Source: an uncultured bacterium (GTDB taxonomy: Bacteria; Zixibacteria; MSB-5A5; JAABVY01; JAHJOQ01). Taken from it: DNA of 14,984 nt. The stretch is from NCBI GenBank assembly GCA_965369655.1, contig CBDUQR010000056.1:1-14984 (forward strand), written 5' to 3'. Below are positions 1-7,537 of the stretch, piece after piece; position 1 is the first letter of the stretch, and each line of letters begins with the position of its first letter. Both the position numbers and the translations under genes were made by a program. Below the pieces are notes generated by a model that had not been told where the DNA came from, ran no database searches, and saw only the letters and a list, made by a program, of their open reading frames with translations.

Positions 1-50
1 AACTCTCAAACCCACCTTAATCAACTGTCCGATATTCTGCAACCACCTCT
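1..50 (-). mobile_element. Left end of an IS3-family insertion sequence, continuing out of the window
   Basis: The reverse complement of 1-50 (AGAGGTGGTTGCAGAATATCGGACAGTTGATTAAGGTGGGTTTGAGAGTT) matches 6911-6960 at 47/50 nt. That copy directly precedes an RBS and an IS3 OrfA-like start. Similarity stops at 51/6910. Confidence 0.85.
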
Positions 51-630
51 CTGAATCAGCTAACAAAAGAGCGCGGTATCGAGAATCCTCAAGTAGCAGT
101 ACAACAGAGAAAGTATTAAGGCAGTCATTGAGTGTCTTTTGTGGCTCTAAAACCAGCTTCTTGAGAATACGTCGTGTCTGCTTTGCGTCAGGGGCAACAG
201 CTCTGATACGTAGATCATCATCATCAAGTAACAATGTGTCAACTGAGCAGGTTTGAAGTAACATATCAATATGTTTAGGAGGTTTGTAAATCCATTCCAT
301 CAGACGTCGATAGTAGTCCGCTGATTCGGGTGGATAGAATTGTAGATTGATCTCTTTAGGACTCAAGCCACAATCATAAAAGCGCTTGATGTTAATCGAA
401 TTCTGCGAGCAGTATTCCAGAAGTTCCAGCATACCCGAATAATGATCTTGGTGGGGATGTGTTAAGCATATGAAGTCAATCTCCGATACTGAGTGTTCTC
501 TCAGATAATCAAGCGCAGGAATAGTATCGTTCTTTCTACAGCAGTCAACAAGCCCCACTATCCCTCTGCTGGTGGTTATTACAATTGAATCACCGTGATT
601 AACATCAAAAATTCGAAGGGAAAAACTCAC
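51..630 (-). pseudogene. ComEC/Rec2-like MBL-fold metallo-hydrolase, interrupted by the IS end at 50
   Basis: Manual translation from GTG at 630, which overlaps the upstream TGA (GTGA): MSFSLRIFDVNHGDSIVITT...LVDC...IDFICLTHPHQDHYSG...NTFSVVLLL...ALLLADSE. This shows the DVxxGDS, HxHxDH (442-459), NxxSxV and LLx(G/A)D motifs. The frame runs into IS sequence after about 194 codons with no stop, which explains its absence from the ORF track. The later HHGS motif is not present in the window. Confidence 0.85.
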
Positions 631-1172
631 TTTTCTCGTTTCAGAGCATCACAGCGCATCTGATCAAGTCGTTCGCGCTCTTCTAAGCTCAACTCTGTAA
701 CAGCACTTCCAAAGTACACTAACCGAGTCTCAACTGCCGTGTTACCCTTTCTTATAGATATTAGGCCGACCTTGTCGCCAGGTCTAACGTGTTCAGCCCC
801 CAACTCTGTGAGAACCTCAATCGGAATAATCCTGTTGAATTTCTCGCTATTTTTCTCGAACTCGACATATGCAACATTGTCCTCAACACGTATGATCATG
901 CCGCTAATAAACTCGCGTTTCTTTGTAGCTTTCGACATTACTCTCGGAGCCTCGTGAACCTGTAATTCTCCAGCACCAAGAGTATCGGCATTCGTTTCTG
1001 AACTCATTAGCGATCCAGCAAGATACGTCCGAGTCCGCGCCCATTCCTCAACAGAAAAACGGATAGTGTCGCCATCAGTATGTGCTTGTGTGATCTCCGA
1101 GGTCGTCCTTGTATCGCTCGGACTTTCACCAGTCGCAAGCTTACGCTTATCAGAAATGTTTGAGAAAGTCAT
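627..1172 (-). CDS. Hypothetical protein; S/T/D/E-rich N-terminal region followed by a small beta-rich (possibly OB/S1-like) domain
   Basis: 181-aa ORF overlapping both neighbours (23 nt upstream, GTGA downstream). Alternating hydrophobic strands in FISGMIIRVEDNVAYVEF...VRPGDKVGLISI. Start codon uncertain. Confidence 0.7.
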   Translation of the reverse strand: MTFSNISDKRKLATGESPSDTRTTSEITQAHTDGDTIRFSVEEWARTRTYLAGSLMSSETNADTLGAGELQVHEAPRVMSKATKKREFISGMIIRVEDNVAYVEFEKNSEKFNRIIPIEVLTELGAEHVRPGDKVGLISIRKGNTAVETRLVYFGSAVTELSLEERERLDQMRCDALKREK

Positions 1173-1839
1173 CTTGTTTGATAAAGTTATCTACCAGTTT
1201 GGTATTCGATTTCACATATCTAATCAATTTGTCTTGTCCTGGTAATGGCCGGATTTCAGTACTAAACCGGTCAACATCGAAGATTATCCAAGTGTCATAT
1301 TCATCATCGAGTTCTCGAAAAGACAGTATCTTACGCTTGAATTCATCTTTGGTCATCACACCTGTCTTTAGCGAGATTTCTTCCTTTTTATCTTCGCCTT
1401 CTAATACTACCATGAAATCCCGAAGTTGGTTCTCCGACAGGGGCAAGTGATCAGCTTGTAACAGATGCCCCAAATATTTCTTTACAGCTTGATCGAAGTT
1501 GAGTTCTGGAACAGGCATCGCATGATATGTTCTGACACCAAGTCTAATCAGTTTCTTCACATCTGAATGTTTAAGGAAATCTACAAGTCGTTTCACCTCT
1601 ACCTCAAGAACAGTCATGTCCTCGATGTGTTCCACAGATATCCCCGCCCGCAAACTCTCAACGATTAGTTCGGAACTCCTATCATTCGACGTAAGTTTGG
1701 ATGATTTGATCCCTTCCTTGTAATCGATTCCTTCATATTCCAGCAAGATAGACTGAAGATACTTGGGTGCCACTTCGGTGAAATTGAGTATAGGGGGGTA
1801 CCTCAATTCTATCACTATTCTCTTTAATTCACAACTCAT
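1150..1839 (-). CDS. Hypothetical protein, TIGR04255-like family
   Basis: 229-aa ORF with its own promoter. The pattern RIVIELRY ... RLGVR ... IIFDVD resembles the E-x-R-F / RIGLRY / LDID pattern I recall for TIGR04255. The ORF is solid; the family call is by recognition only. Confidence 0.6.
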   Translation of the reverse strand: MSCELKRIVIELRYPPILNFTEVAPKYLQSILLEYEGIDYKEGIKSSKLTSNDRSSELIVESLRAGISVEHIEDMTVLEVEVKRLVDFLKHSDVKKLIRLGVRTYHAMPVPELNFDQAVKKYLGHLLQADHLPLSENQLRDFMVVLEGEDKKEEISLKTGVMTKDEFKRKILSFRELDDEYDTWIIFDVDRFSTEIRPLPGQDKLIRYVKSNTKLVDNFIKQDDFLKHF

Positions 1840-1845
1840 GTTCTA

Positions 1846-1873
1846 ATTATATAGTATTAAGGCAATATGTCAA
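1846..1873 (-). promoter_or_regulatory. Consensus sigma70 promoter, probably producing a leaderless mRNA
   Basis: TTGACA (1873-1868), 16-nt spacer, TATAAT (1851-1846), then only 6 nt before the ATG at 1839. No Shine-Dalgarno. Confidence 0.8.
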
Positions 1874-1948
1874 CCTCGTTGTACCTGCTTTCCATCTGAG
1901 AACATCTCTGATAATTGGCATACCGTAAGTAGCGCAAGCGTTGAAACG

Positions 1949-3325
1949 CTAATTATCGACTCTGCTACTCTGCTTCAACCACAACAATATCGACCAGAGC
2001 AATCCCGGGAATATCGGTTCTATGCCGAGCCAGTAGTTGCCGGATTCCGACAATAGTCCTGATAGTAGCCACACGAAAGACAGCAATCCCGATGAAATTA
2101 TCGAGAACAGCGTCATTTTCGGGGACAATCGTCGCTTGCCAACATACGATGTGAACAGCGGGACTAACAATGCAGGCGTTCCCACCGATCCGAAATGATG
2201 CCAGATATCGATGATCGACTCGAAAAACAGCGCCGCGACAACCGCAAGGCATGCCGAGATCACAAGCCCCCACCGTGTCCAGTATGTAATCCGGTCATCG
2301 GCGACTCTGAAAAATCGCCAGACGATATCCCTGCCGAATGTCGATGCCGCCACGAATGAATACGAATCGATTGTCGACATGATTGTCGCGAGCAATGCTG
2401 TCATAAAAAGGCCGAGCAGCCCGACCGGGAGTATCATCAAGGCAAATGCCGGATACGATGACGCCGGATCGCTCAGTCCCGGCAACGCCGCAGCGGCATA
2501 CAGTCCGCATGACGTCGTCAGAAAATCGAACACCACCCAGCAGAGAACTGAGATCAGCAACCCGCGCCTCGCAGTCGATGCGCTTTTTGCCGCGTAGCAT
2601 CGCTGGTAGAATGTCGGTTCGATCAGCGTCCCCAGCGCGATAACATACCAGACAGCGATATACAATCCGCTGTTGCCGCCATGCCATGTAAAATGCGAGG
2701 CAGGCAGGTTCTCCGTCAGAAATTCCACACTTCCATATTTCGCAATGGCGAATACGAGCAACATGATGAACCCGAGGAACATAAGTCCAAACTGGAGCAA
2801 GTCAGTTCTGACAACCGACCGAAAACCGCCGAAATGCACATATATAATTGAAAAGAGTGTACCGATCAGGACTCCCAACCATAGCGGCCACCCGAAGACG
2901 ATCTCGACCAGCAGGCCGATCATCAGGACATAGGCAGCGGGTACGGTCATCAGGAAAAGAATGATCGCCCCTGCGCCCGCTACGGTCTTACCATACGATT
3001 TCTCAAGCCTGTCGGGAATCGTGAGGACTTGGGAATCCCGCGCCCTGCCTGCAAGGAAATACGCAAATATAATTGCAGCGAGATAGTACGGGACTCCGAA
3101 CACGAGCCATGTCGAGATGCCGTAGAGATACGAGTACTCCCCGACGCCCAGAATACCGCCGTACCATGTCGAGACGAGCGACGCGACAAATGCCGGGAGT
3201 GTGAGGGTTCTGCCGCCGACTATAAACGAGACAGCCGTCTCATTCGACCGGGCGCGGAGTATTAGTCCCGCGCCAAGCAGACCGATCATATACGCGGCGA
3301 TTATCGCATAATCGACAGCAGACAC
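1949..3325 (-). CDS. Sodium:solute symporter (SSS/SLC5) family, probable thiamine or thiamine-precursor transporter
   Basis: 458 aa, multi-TM, with SSS motifs (FIVGGRTL, GGFRSVVRTDLLQF, YQRCYAAKS, LATIMSTIDS). Starts 3 nt after the receptor stop, in a TPP-riboswitch operon. Confidence 0.9.
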   Translation of the reverse strand: MSAVDYAIIAAYMIGLLGAGLILRARSNETAVSFIVGGRTLTLPAFVASLVSTWYGGILGVGEYSYLYGISTWLVFGVPYYLAAIIFAYFLAGRARDSQVLTIPDRLEKSYGKTVAGAGAIILFLMTVPAAYVLMIGLLVEIVFGWPLWLGVLIGTLFSIIYVHFGGFRSVVRTDLLQFGLMFLGFIMLLVFAIAKYGSVEFLTENLPASHFTWHGGNSGLYIAVWYVIALGTLIEPTFYQRCYAAKSASTARRGLLISVLCWVVFDFLTTSCGLYAAAALPGLSDPASSYPAFALMILPVGLLGLFMTALLATIMSTIDSYSFVAASTFGRDIVWRFFRVADDRITYWTRWGLVISACLAVVAALFFESIIDIWHHFGSVGTPALLVPLFTSYVGKRRLSPKMTLFSIISSGLLSFVWLLSGLLSESGNYWLGIEPIFPGLLWSILLWLKQSSRVDN

Positions 3326-3328
3326 GTT

Positions 3329-5782
3329 TTAGTCCAGTTCGAGTTTCACCTGCACAAAGAACGACCTTTCCGCAGCAGGAGTATAGTAGACCGGGTCCGG
3401 GACATCTCTGAATGCGTATGGGACTACACCGACCAGTTCATACTTTTCATTGAACAAATTGTCCACCCTCCCGGAAAGCATCAACCGTCCAAAACCAGCC
3501 GGATTTGCAAGAGCAACAGACCCAGACAATGAGAATGTCGCATATGGATCGATGGAGGAATCCCTGTTCCCGCCATTGTCGACATATTGTCTGCCGACAA
3601 ACCTGCTGCGCGCCGCGATGCGATATCGATCATACTGAAAATCGGCCAGCAGATTGCCAAGATAGACAGGGAAACCGGCAATCGGGTTGCCGGAGTAATC
3701 GAAATCCCTGTAACCGACCTTTCCCCAGTCGGAATCGTTGTCGTAGACTTTCTTCGTGACAACGAAATCTTTCGCCCTGTCGTATGTAACTGCGAGGTTT
3801 CCACTGAGGGCCAGATAGTCGAGTGGGGTAGCGCGCGCAGTAAGTTCCACACCGGCGTGCACAGACCTGTCGGCATTCACGGTAATCTTGTTGCCATCGC
3901 TGTCATACCCGCCCTCGGCAATGATCTCATTCCTGAATTCCATCCAGTAGAGATTGACGCCGAACTCGCCACTGTCTCGCCTGTACGATCCACCCAGTTC
4001 AAAATCATACACGCGCTCAGGTTTGACATCGAGAGATGGTATCTTATCGGCGTCATCGGCTTCGTAGATCGATTCATCCGTCGGAGTGCGAGACGAAATA
4101 GCCGCGCTCGCAGACAGAATGGCGTGTTCGTCGAATCTGTAGGATGCGCCTGCGCGCGGTGAGACGAACAGCCAGTCGAGATCGAAATTGTAGCCTTTGT
4201 CGAAAGCGCCCATTGGGGTCTGTTTGAAACTGTAACGTATATACCTGGTCTGCAAAGAGAGATCGATTCCAACCCGGTCACTGAGTTGATAGTTTTCGGA
4301 AGCGTACACCGCCGCGGAAAACTTATCCCCGAAATACTCGTAATACTTGTGGCGAGGACCGATCAAATCTGAGTTGACATTTTCCGCCCACACCACCTGC
4401 CCCCAGTGCTCCGAATCGAACAGGTAGAATGCTCCCCCAACTGACAGCTTTCCCGATTCATGTTCTATGTCGAGACGGGGGTTGAACCCATACTGGTTCT
4501 TGACCACCCATTTCTGTCTTACCAGATCGCCTCCGGTGATTGTGTCAACAGGTACTCCCTCCGAGTCTCTGACCACGATCGGCGGGATGTTGTACTCGGA
4601 GTAGCTGACCCAGTCGAAATCCTCTGTTTTGAACTGTTCGTAGTACCCCCGGCCGCGAATGTAATAGAGCGTATTGCTCAATGTCATCCGATCATTGATC
4701 TGATAGATATTATGCAACTCATAGTGCGGCTGGTTGAAATTGTCGGTCTCGTTTTCATACTCCTCGAGATTGTAACGCCGATCCTGTTCGAGCTTCTCGC
4801 GCGTATTACCGTAGAATGCCATGTGCATCCGCATAGGACCGCCGTACATGTTCAGAGTAGTCGCCATCTTCGGGTCGAGCCGCGACACGGACAGGAAGTA
4901 AGTCCATGCGTCATACCACGAGCTTTTCCGGTAGCCGTCGGACCACAACTTCGAGTATCTTCCGGCGAAACTCCACCTTCCATCGATCAGCCCTGATGAA
5001 TACTCGAACGCCTGCTTCCTGATATCACCGATTATCTTGCCGTCATGCATGTAACCGCCGTACCCAATCAATGCAGTCACTTCCTTCTGGCGATCCAATG
5101 CGGAGGAAACAATATTTACCGATCCGCCGAATGATGCATCACCGTAGAGCGAACTTCCAACGCCTCGTTCAATTTGAATGTCCCTGACCTCGGATGCGAA
5201 ATCAGGAATGTCATAGAAATATGTTACGTGATCTTCCGGGTCGTTCAGAGGTATCCCGTTGATATAGATGGAGACTCTTTTGCTGTCAAACCCGCGAATC
5301 TTCAGGTAGCTGGAACCGAGCCCGCCGCCCGCATCGGCATACGAATAGACATTCGGAGTCATATCGAGCAGCAGCGGAAATTCTCCGACATAGTAGTCCC
5401 TCTCGATATCGTCCTGGGAAAAACCCGTAACGGCGGCTGCGCGATCAGATGCGTTGACCCTGGTAGCGTGCACAGTGATACCATCAGCCTGATACACCGA
5501 ACGCTCCAGTGTTACGTAGAAAACCGCATCCTCTCCGATTCGTATCATGATCGGCTGATAACCGACATGTGAAAATGTAATCGATTTGCCCTCGGGATCA
5601 GTCAGATCAATCGAGAATTCGCCCCGCTCATCTGTCGGCTGATAATGAACGCCCCCGACCGTGAGATTGACACCGACGAGTGCATTGCCGTCGGCATCGG
5701 TGACTATACCATTGATAGTCTCCGCCCATGCCGACGCAAACGGCATAAGCAAAGCCACAAGAATGAGAATGAATCTTAGCAT
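3329..5782 (-). CDS. TonB-dependent receptor, probably for thiamine or a precursor
   Basis: Signal peptide, carboxypeptidase-regulatory-like domain (ITFSHVGY), plug (IRGFDSKRVSIYINGIPLND; IERGVGSSLYG) and C-terminal VDNLFNEKY. Start moved from 5800 to the ATG at 5782 because GGAGGT lies 9 nt upstream of it. Substrate is inferred from the riboswitch. Confidence 0.92.
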   Translation of the reverse strand: MLRFILILVALLMPFASAWAETINGIVTDADGNALVGVNLTVGGVHYQPTDERGEFSIDLTDPEGKSITFSHVGYQPIMIRIGEDAVFYVTLERSVYQADGITVHATRVNASDRAAAVTGFSQDDIERDYYVGEFPLLLDMTPNVYSYADAGGGLGSSYLKIRGFDSKRVSIYINGIPLNDPEDHVTYFYDIPDFASEVRDIQIERGVGSSLYGDASFGGSVNIVSSALDRQKEVTALIGYGGYMHDGKIIGDIRKQAFEYSSGLIDGRWSFAGRYSKLWSDGYRKSSWYDAWTYFLSVSRLDPKMATTLNMYGGPMRMHMAFYGNTREKLEQDRRYNLEEYENETDNFNQPHYELHNIYQINDRMTLSNTLYYIRGRGYYEQFKTEDFDWVSYSEYNIPPIVVRDSEGVPVDTITGGDLVRQKWVVKNQYGFNPRLDIEHESGKLSVGGAFYLFDSEHWGQVVWAENVNSDLIGPRHKYYEYFGDKFSAAVYASENYQLSDRVGIDLSLQTRYIRYSFKQTPMGAFDKGYNFDLDWLFVSPRAGASYRFDEHAILSASAAISSRTPTDESIYEADDADKIPSLDVKPERVYDFELGGSYRRDSGEFGVNLYWMEFRNEIIAEGGYDSDGNKITVNADRSVHAGVELTARATPLDYLALSGNLAVTYDRAKDFVVTKKVYDNDSDWGKVGYRDFDYSGNPIAGFPVYLGNLLADFQYDRYRIAARSRFVGRQYVDNGGNRDSSIDPYATFSLSGSVALANPAGFGRLMLSGRVDNLFNEKYELVGVVPYAFRDVPDPVYYTPAAERSFFVQVKLELD

Positions 5783-5804
5783 GACACCTGTACCTCCCAT
5801 GAAT

Positions 5805-5853
5805 AAAAAATAAAAAAAGCCCGCCCCGCCCTACATTGGGCGGAAAAACGGAC
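5805..5853 (-). terminator. Intrinsic terminator forming the riboswitch expression platform
   Basis: RNA GUCCGUU(UUU)CCGCCC-AAUGUA-GGGCGG-GGCGGGC followed by U7-A-U6, between the aptamer and the start codon. Confidence 0.85.
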
Positions 5854-5880
5854 CAACAATATTAGTTCTAACCTCTGACA

Positions 5881-5960
5881 CCGTTTTCCTCCGCCGGCAT
5901 TACCCGGATCAGGTTCGGGGGTATTATCTCAGGCGACGACTTTACGCCACCCCCAACGGC
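5881..5960 (-). ncRNA. TPP riboswitch (THI element)
   Basis: Minus strand reads GCCGUU-GGGGGUGGCG...CGCCUGAGAUAAUACCCCCGAACCUGAUCCGGGUAAUGCCGGCGGAGGAA-AACGG. It contains the CUGAGA, ACCC, GAACCUGAU and UAAUGCC-GCG-AGG hallmarks and a P1 stem CCGUU/AACGG. Confidence 0.97.
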
Positions 5961-5979
5961 TATGATATTCTACTTGGTA

Positions 5980-6007
5980 ACAATACAGATTCGTAGTCAG
6001 AATGCAA
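5980..6007 (-). promoter_or_regulatory. Putative sigma70 promoter of the TPP riboswitch leader
   Basis: TTGCAT (6007-6002), 16 nt, TATTGT (5985-5980), about 20 nt upstream of the aptamer. Confidence 0.5.
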
Positions 6008-6041
6008 TAGAAATGTTGCGCGCAAATACTCCCGTTTGGCG

Positions 6042-6686
6042 CTACTTGGGAATTTGGTGGTTGCTGAGCGAGAACGAAAGGTATTCGAGCTCCATCGCCA
6101 TATTCTCGTTGCGCACCACCACATCGTCCGGGACTTTCAGATTGATCGGCGCAAAATTGAGAATGGCTTTAATCCCGGCTTGCACTACATCGTCTGCAAC
6201 CATTTGCGCCATTGCTGGTGGGACCGCGATGACGACAATCTCTACACTGCTGTCCCGAAGCTCGGTGACGATGTCATTGATATTAGATACCACAATTCCC
6301 TTGTGGTTAGAGCCGATTTTTCTTTGGTCGTTATCGAAGACCCGCTTGATAAGAAAACCCTGCTTCTGGAACTCTTTGTAGGAGACCAGTGCCGACCCGA
6401 TGTTGCCGACTCCGATCAGCGCGACATCCCAGGTCCTGTCTATGCCCAGGATCCCGGCAATCTTGTTCCTGAGTTCGACGACCGGATACCCAAGGCCGCG
6501 AGTGCCGAACGATCCGAAAAACGACAGATCCTTTCTGACCTGCGCAGGCGTCAGTTTCTCTCTCTTAGCCAGTTCCTTCGACGAGATGGTCTCGTAGTTT
6601 TCCTTCTCGAGCTGCTGAAGGGCGCGGTAGTATACAGAAAGCCGGTGTATTGTCGATTCAGATATTCGTCTTTCAGGCTCAGCCAT
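6042..6686 (-). CDS. rex: Redox-sensing transcriptional repressor Rex
   Basis: wHTH (TIHRLSVYYR; QVRKDLSFFGSFGTRGLGY), Rossmann IGVGNIG motif and GIKAILNFAP. Likely start is the ATG at 6686, with GGGAG upstream. Confidence 0.97.
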   Translation of the reverse strand: MAEPERRISESTIHRLSVYYRALQQLEKENYETISSKELAKREKLTPAQVRKDLSFFGSFGTRGLGYPVVELRNKIAGILGIDRTWDVALIGVGNIGSALVSYKEFQKQGFLIKRVFDNDQRKIGSNHKGIVVSNINDIVTELRDSSVEIVVIAVPPAMAQMVADDVVQAGIKAILNFAPINLKVPDDVVVRNENMAMELEYLSFSLSNHQIPK

Positions 6687-6722
6687 CCAAACTCCCGATT
6701 CAGGACACATGACATAAGAATG

Positions 6723-6740
6723 TTGTGAAACGTTTCACAA
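6723..6740. promoter_or_regulatory. Rex operator
   Basis: Perfect palindrome TTGTGAA-ACGT-TTCACAA, matching the Rex consensus TTGTGAA-N4-TTCACAA, 36 nt upstream of rex. Confidence 0.93.
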
Positions 6741-6746
6741 TTGTTA

Positions 6747-6775
6747 AGATTATGCCAGCTAACGCTAACTGTCAA
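6747..6775 (-). promoter_or_regulatory. Putative rex promoter
   Basis: TTGACA (6775-6770), 17 nt, TAATCT (6752-6747). The predicted start site falls at the edge of the Rex box. Confidence 0.65.
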
Positions 6776-6849
6776 GGGAAAAAACGGTGGACATCATAAC
6801 TGTCTCTAAGAGCTGTTGTAGGGATACGTGTCAATCTACTGTTAAGGTG

Positions 6850-6910
6850 TGGTCTTCCCCCGAAAAAGTGGACACTCAGTTAAGTTAGGGTAGCCGTCCG
6901 TTCGAAGTCA
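6850..6910 (-). mobile_element. Remnant right end of an IS3-family element (OrfB tail plus IRR)
   Basis: Minus strand encodes D-F-E-R-T-A-T-L-T-stop, like the (SP)xxFE tail of IS3 OrfB, followed by GTGTCCACTTTTTCGGGGGAAGACCA ending in canonical CA-3'. Confidence 0.75.
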
Positions 6911-7072
6911 AGAGGTGGTTGCAGAATTTCGGACAGTTGATTAAGGTGGATTAGAGAGTTTTTTTGGAGGATCAACAGAATGAGAAAACGACGTAGCTTT
7001 TGCGCCGAATTCAAAGCCCGGGTTGCGTTTGATGCGCTGTCCGGTGCGCACACGATGCCCGAGTCGAGTAGG
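6911..7072 (+). mobile_element. Truncated IS3-family element: left end plus first ~30 codons of OrfA
   Basis: GGAGG (6966-6970) then ATG 6980: MRKRRSFCAEFKARVAFDALSGAHTMPE, matching the IS3 OrfA N-terminus. The rest of the ORF is antisense to the MauE gene. The right boundary is approximate. Confidence 0.85.
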
Positions 7073-7081
7073 ACAGGCGAA

Positions 7082-7537
7082 TCATATCCGCAGTTTATGA
7101 ATCGAGAGGAAGTCTTTTCCGAAGAAGTATATCTGGAGTCCCATCAACAGCAGCAAAATGTCGCGCCAGATCAGGGTGATTGCGCTGCCTTTCGCTCTGT
7201 CTGAAAGCGAGAAACATCCGCAGTTGATGTCGACGCCGCGAATGTAGACCGCCGTCAGCGCGATCAGGAACATCACGAGCATCACGTTGATGAGCGTCAC
7301 CGCGCCTCTTGGCCACATTCCGATAATAAGACAAATACCGGCGAGCATCTCGACCATCGGCATGAAAACAGCCAGGATATTCACGAGTGCTCCCGGCAGG
7401 ACATGGTAGTAATAGATCGCACGCGCGAACTGGTCGACGTACACAATCTTGTCTATCGCCGCGTAACAGAAGACGACGCCGAGAATCATCCGAAACAGCA
7501 GAGTCAGGTATTTGTTCGAGATCAAATCTTTCATCAT
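7082..7537 (-). CDS. MauE/DoxX family membrane protein
   Basis: Four TM segments with FRMILGVVFCYAAIDKI, PMVE, GVDINCGCF and IWRD, characteristic of MauE-like proteins. Confidence 0.9.
   Translation of the reverse strand: MMKDLISNKYLTLLFRMILGVVFCYAAIDKIVYVDQFARAIYYYHVLPGALVNILAVFMPMVEMLAGICLIIGMWPRGAVTLINVMLVMFLIALTAVYIRGVDINCGCFSLSDRAKGSAITLIWRDILLLLMGLQIYFFGKDFLSIHKLRI

Noticed and set aside
51-1948. AT-rich operon as an integron cassette or a competence comEC locus
   Set aside because: No attC-like structure or integrase is visible, and the MBL lacks the ComEC membrane domain.
1937-1950. AGCGTT-GA-AACGCT hairpin at the SSS stop as a terminator
   Set aside because: Short stem, 2-nt loop and no U tract.
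3329-3358. Both TonB receptors lack a terminal Phe (VKLELD, LTYGLR)
   Set aside because: The alternating hydrophobic last strand is retained and such variation is common; not evidence of truncation.
6036-6728. 230-aa plus-strand ORF opposite rex, and similar shadow ORFs over other genes
   Set aside because: They are antisense or alternate-frame shadows of well-supported genes with no recognisable motifs.
6980-7204. 74-aa ORF as an intact transposase subunit
   Set aside because: Only the first ~30 codons are OrfA-like; the remainder is antisense to the MauE gene.
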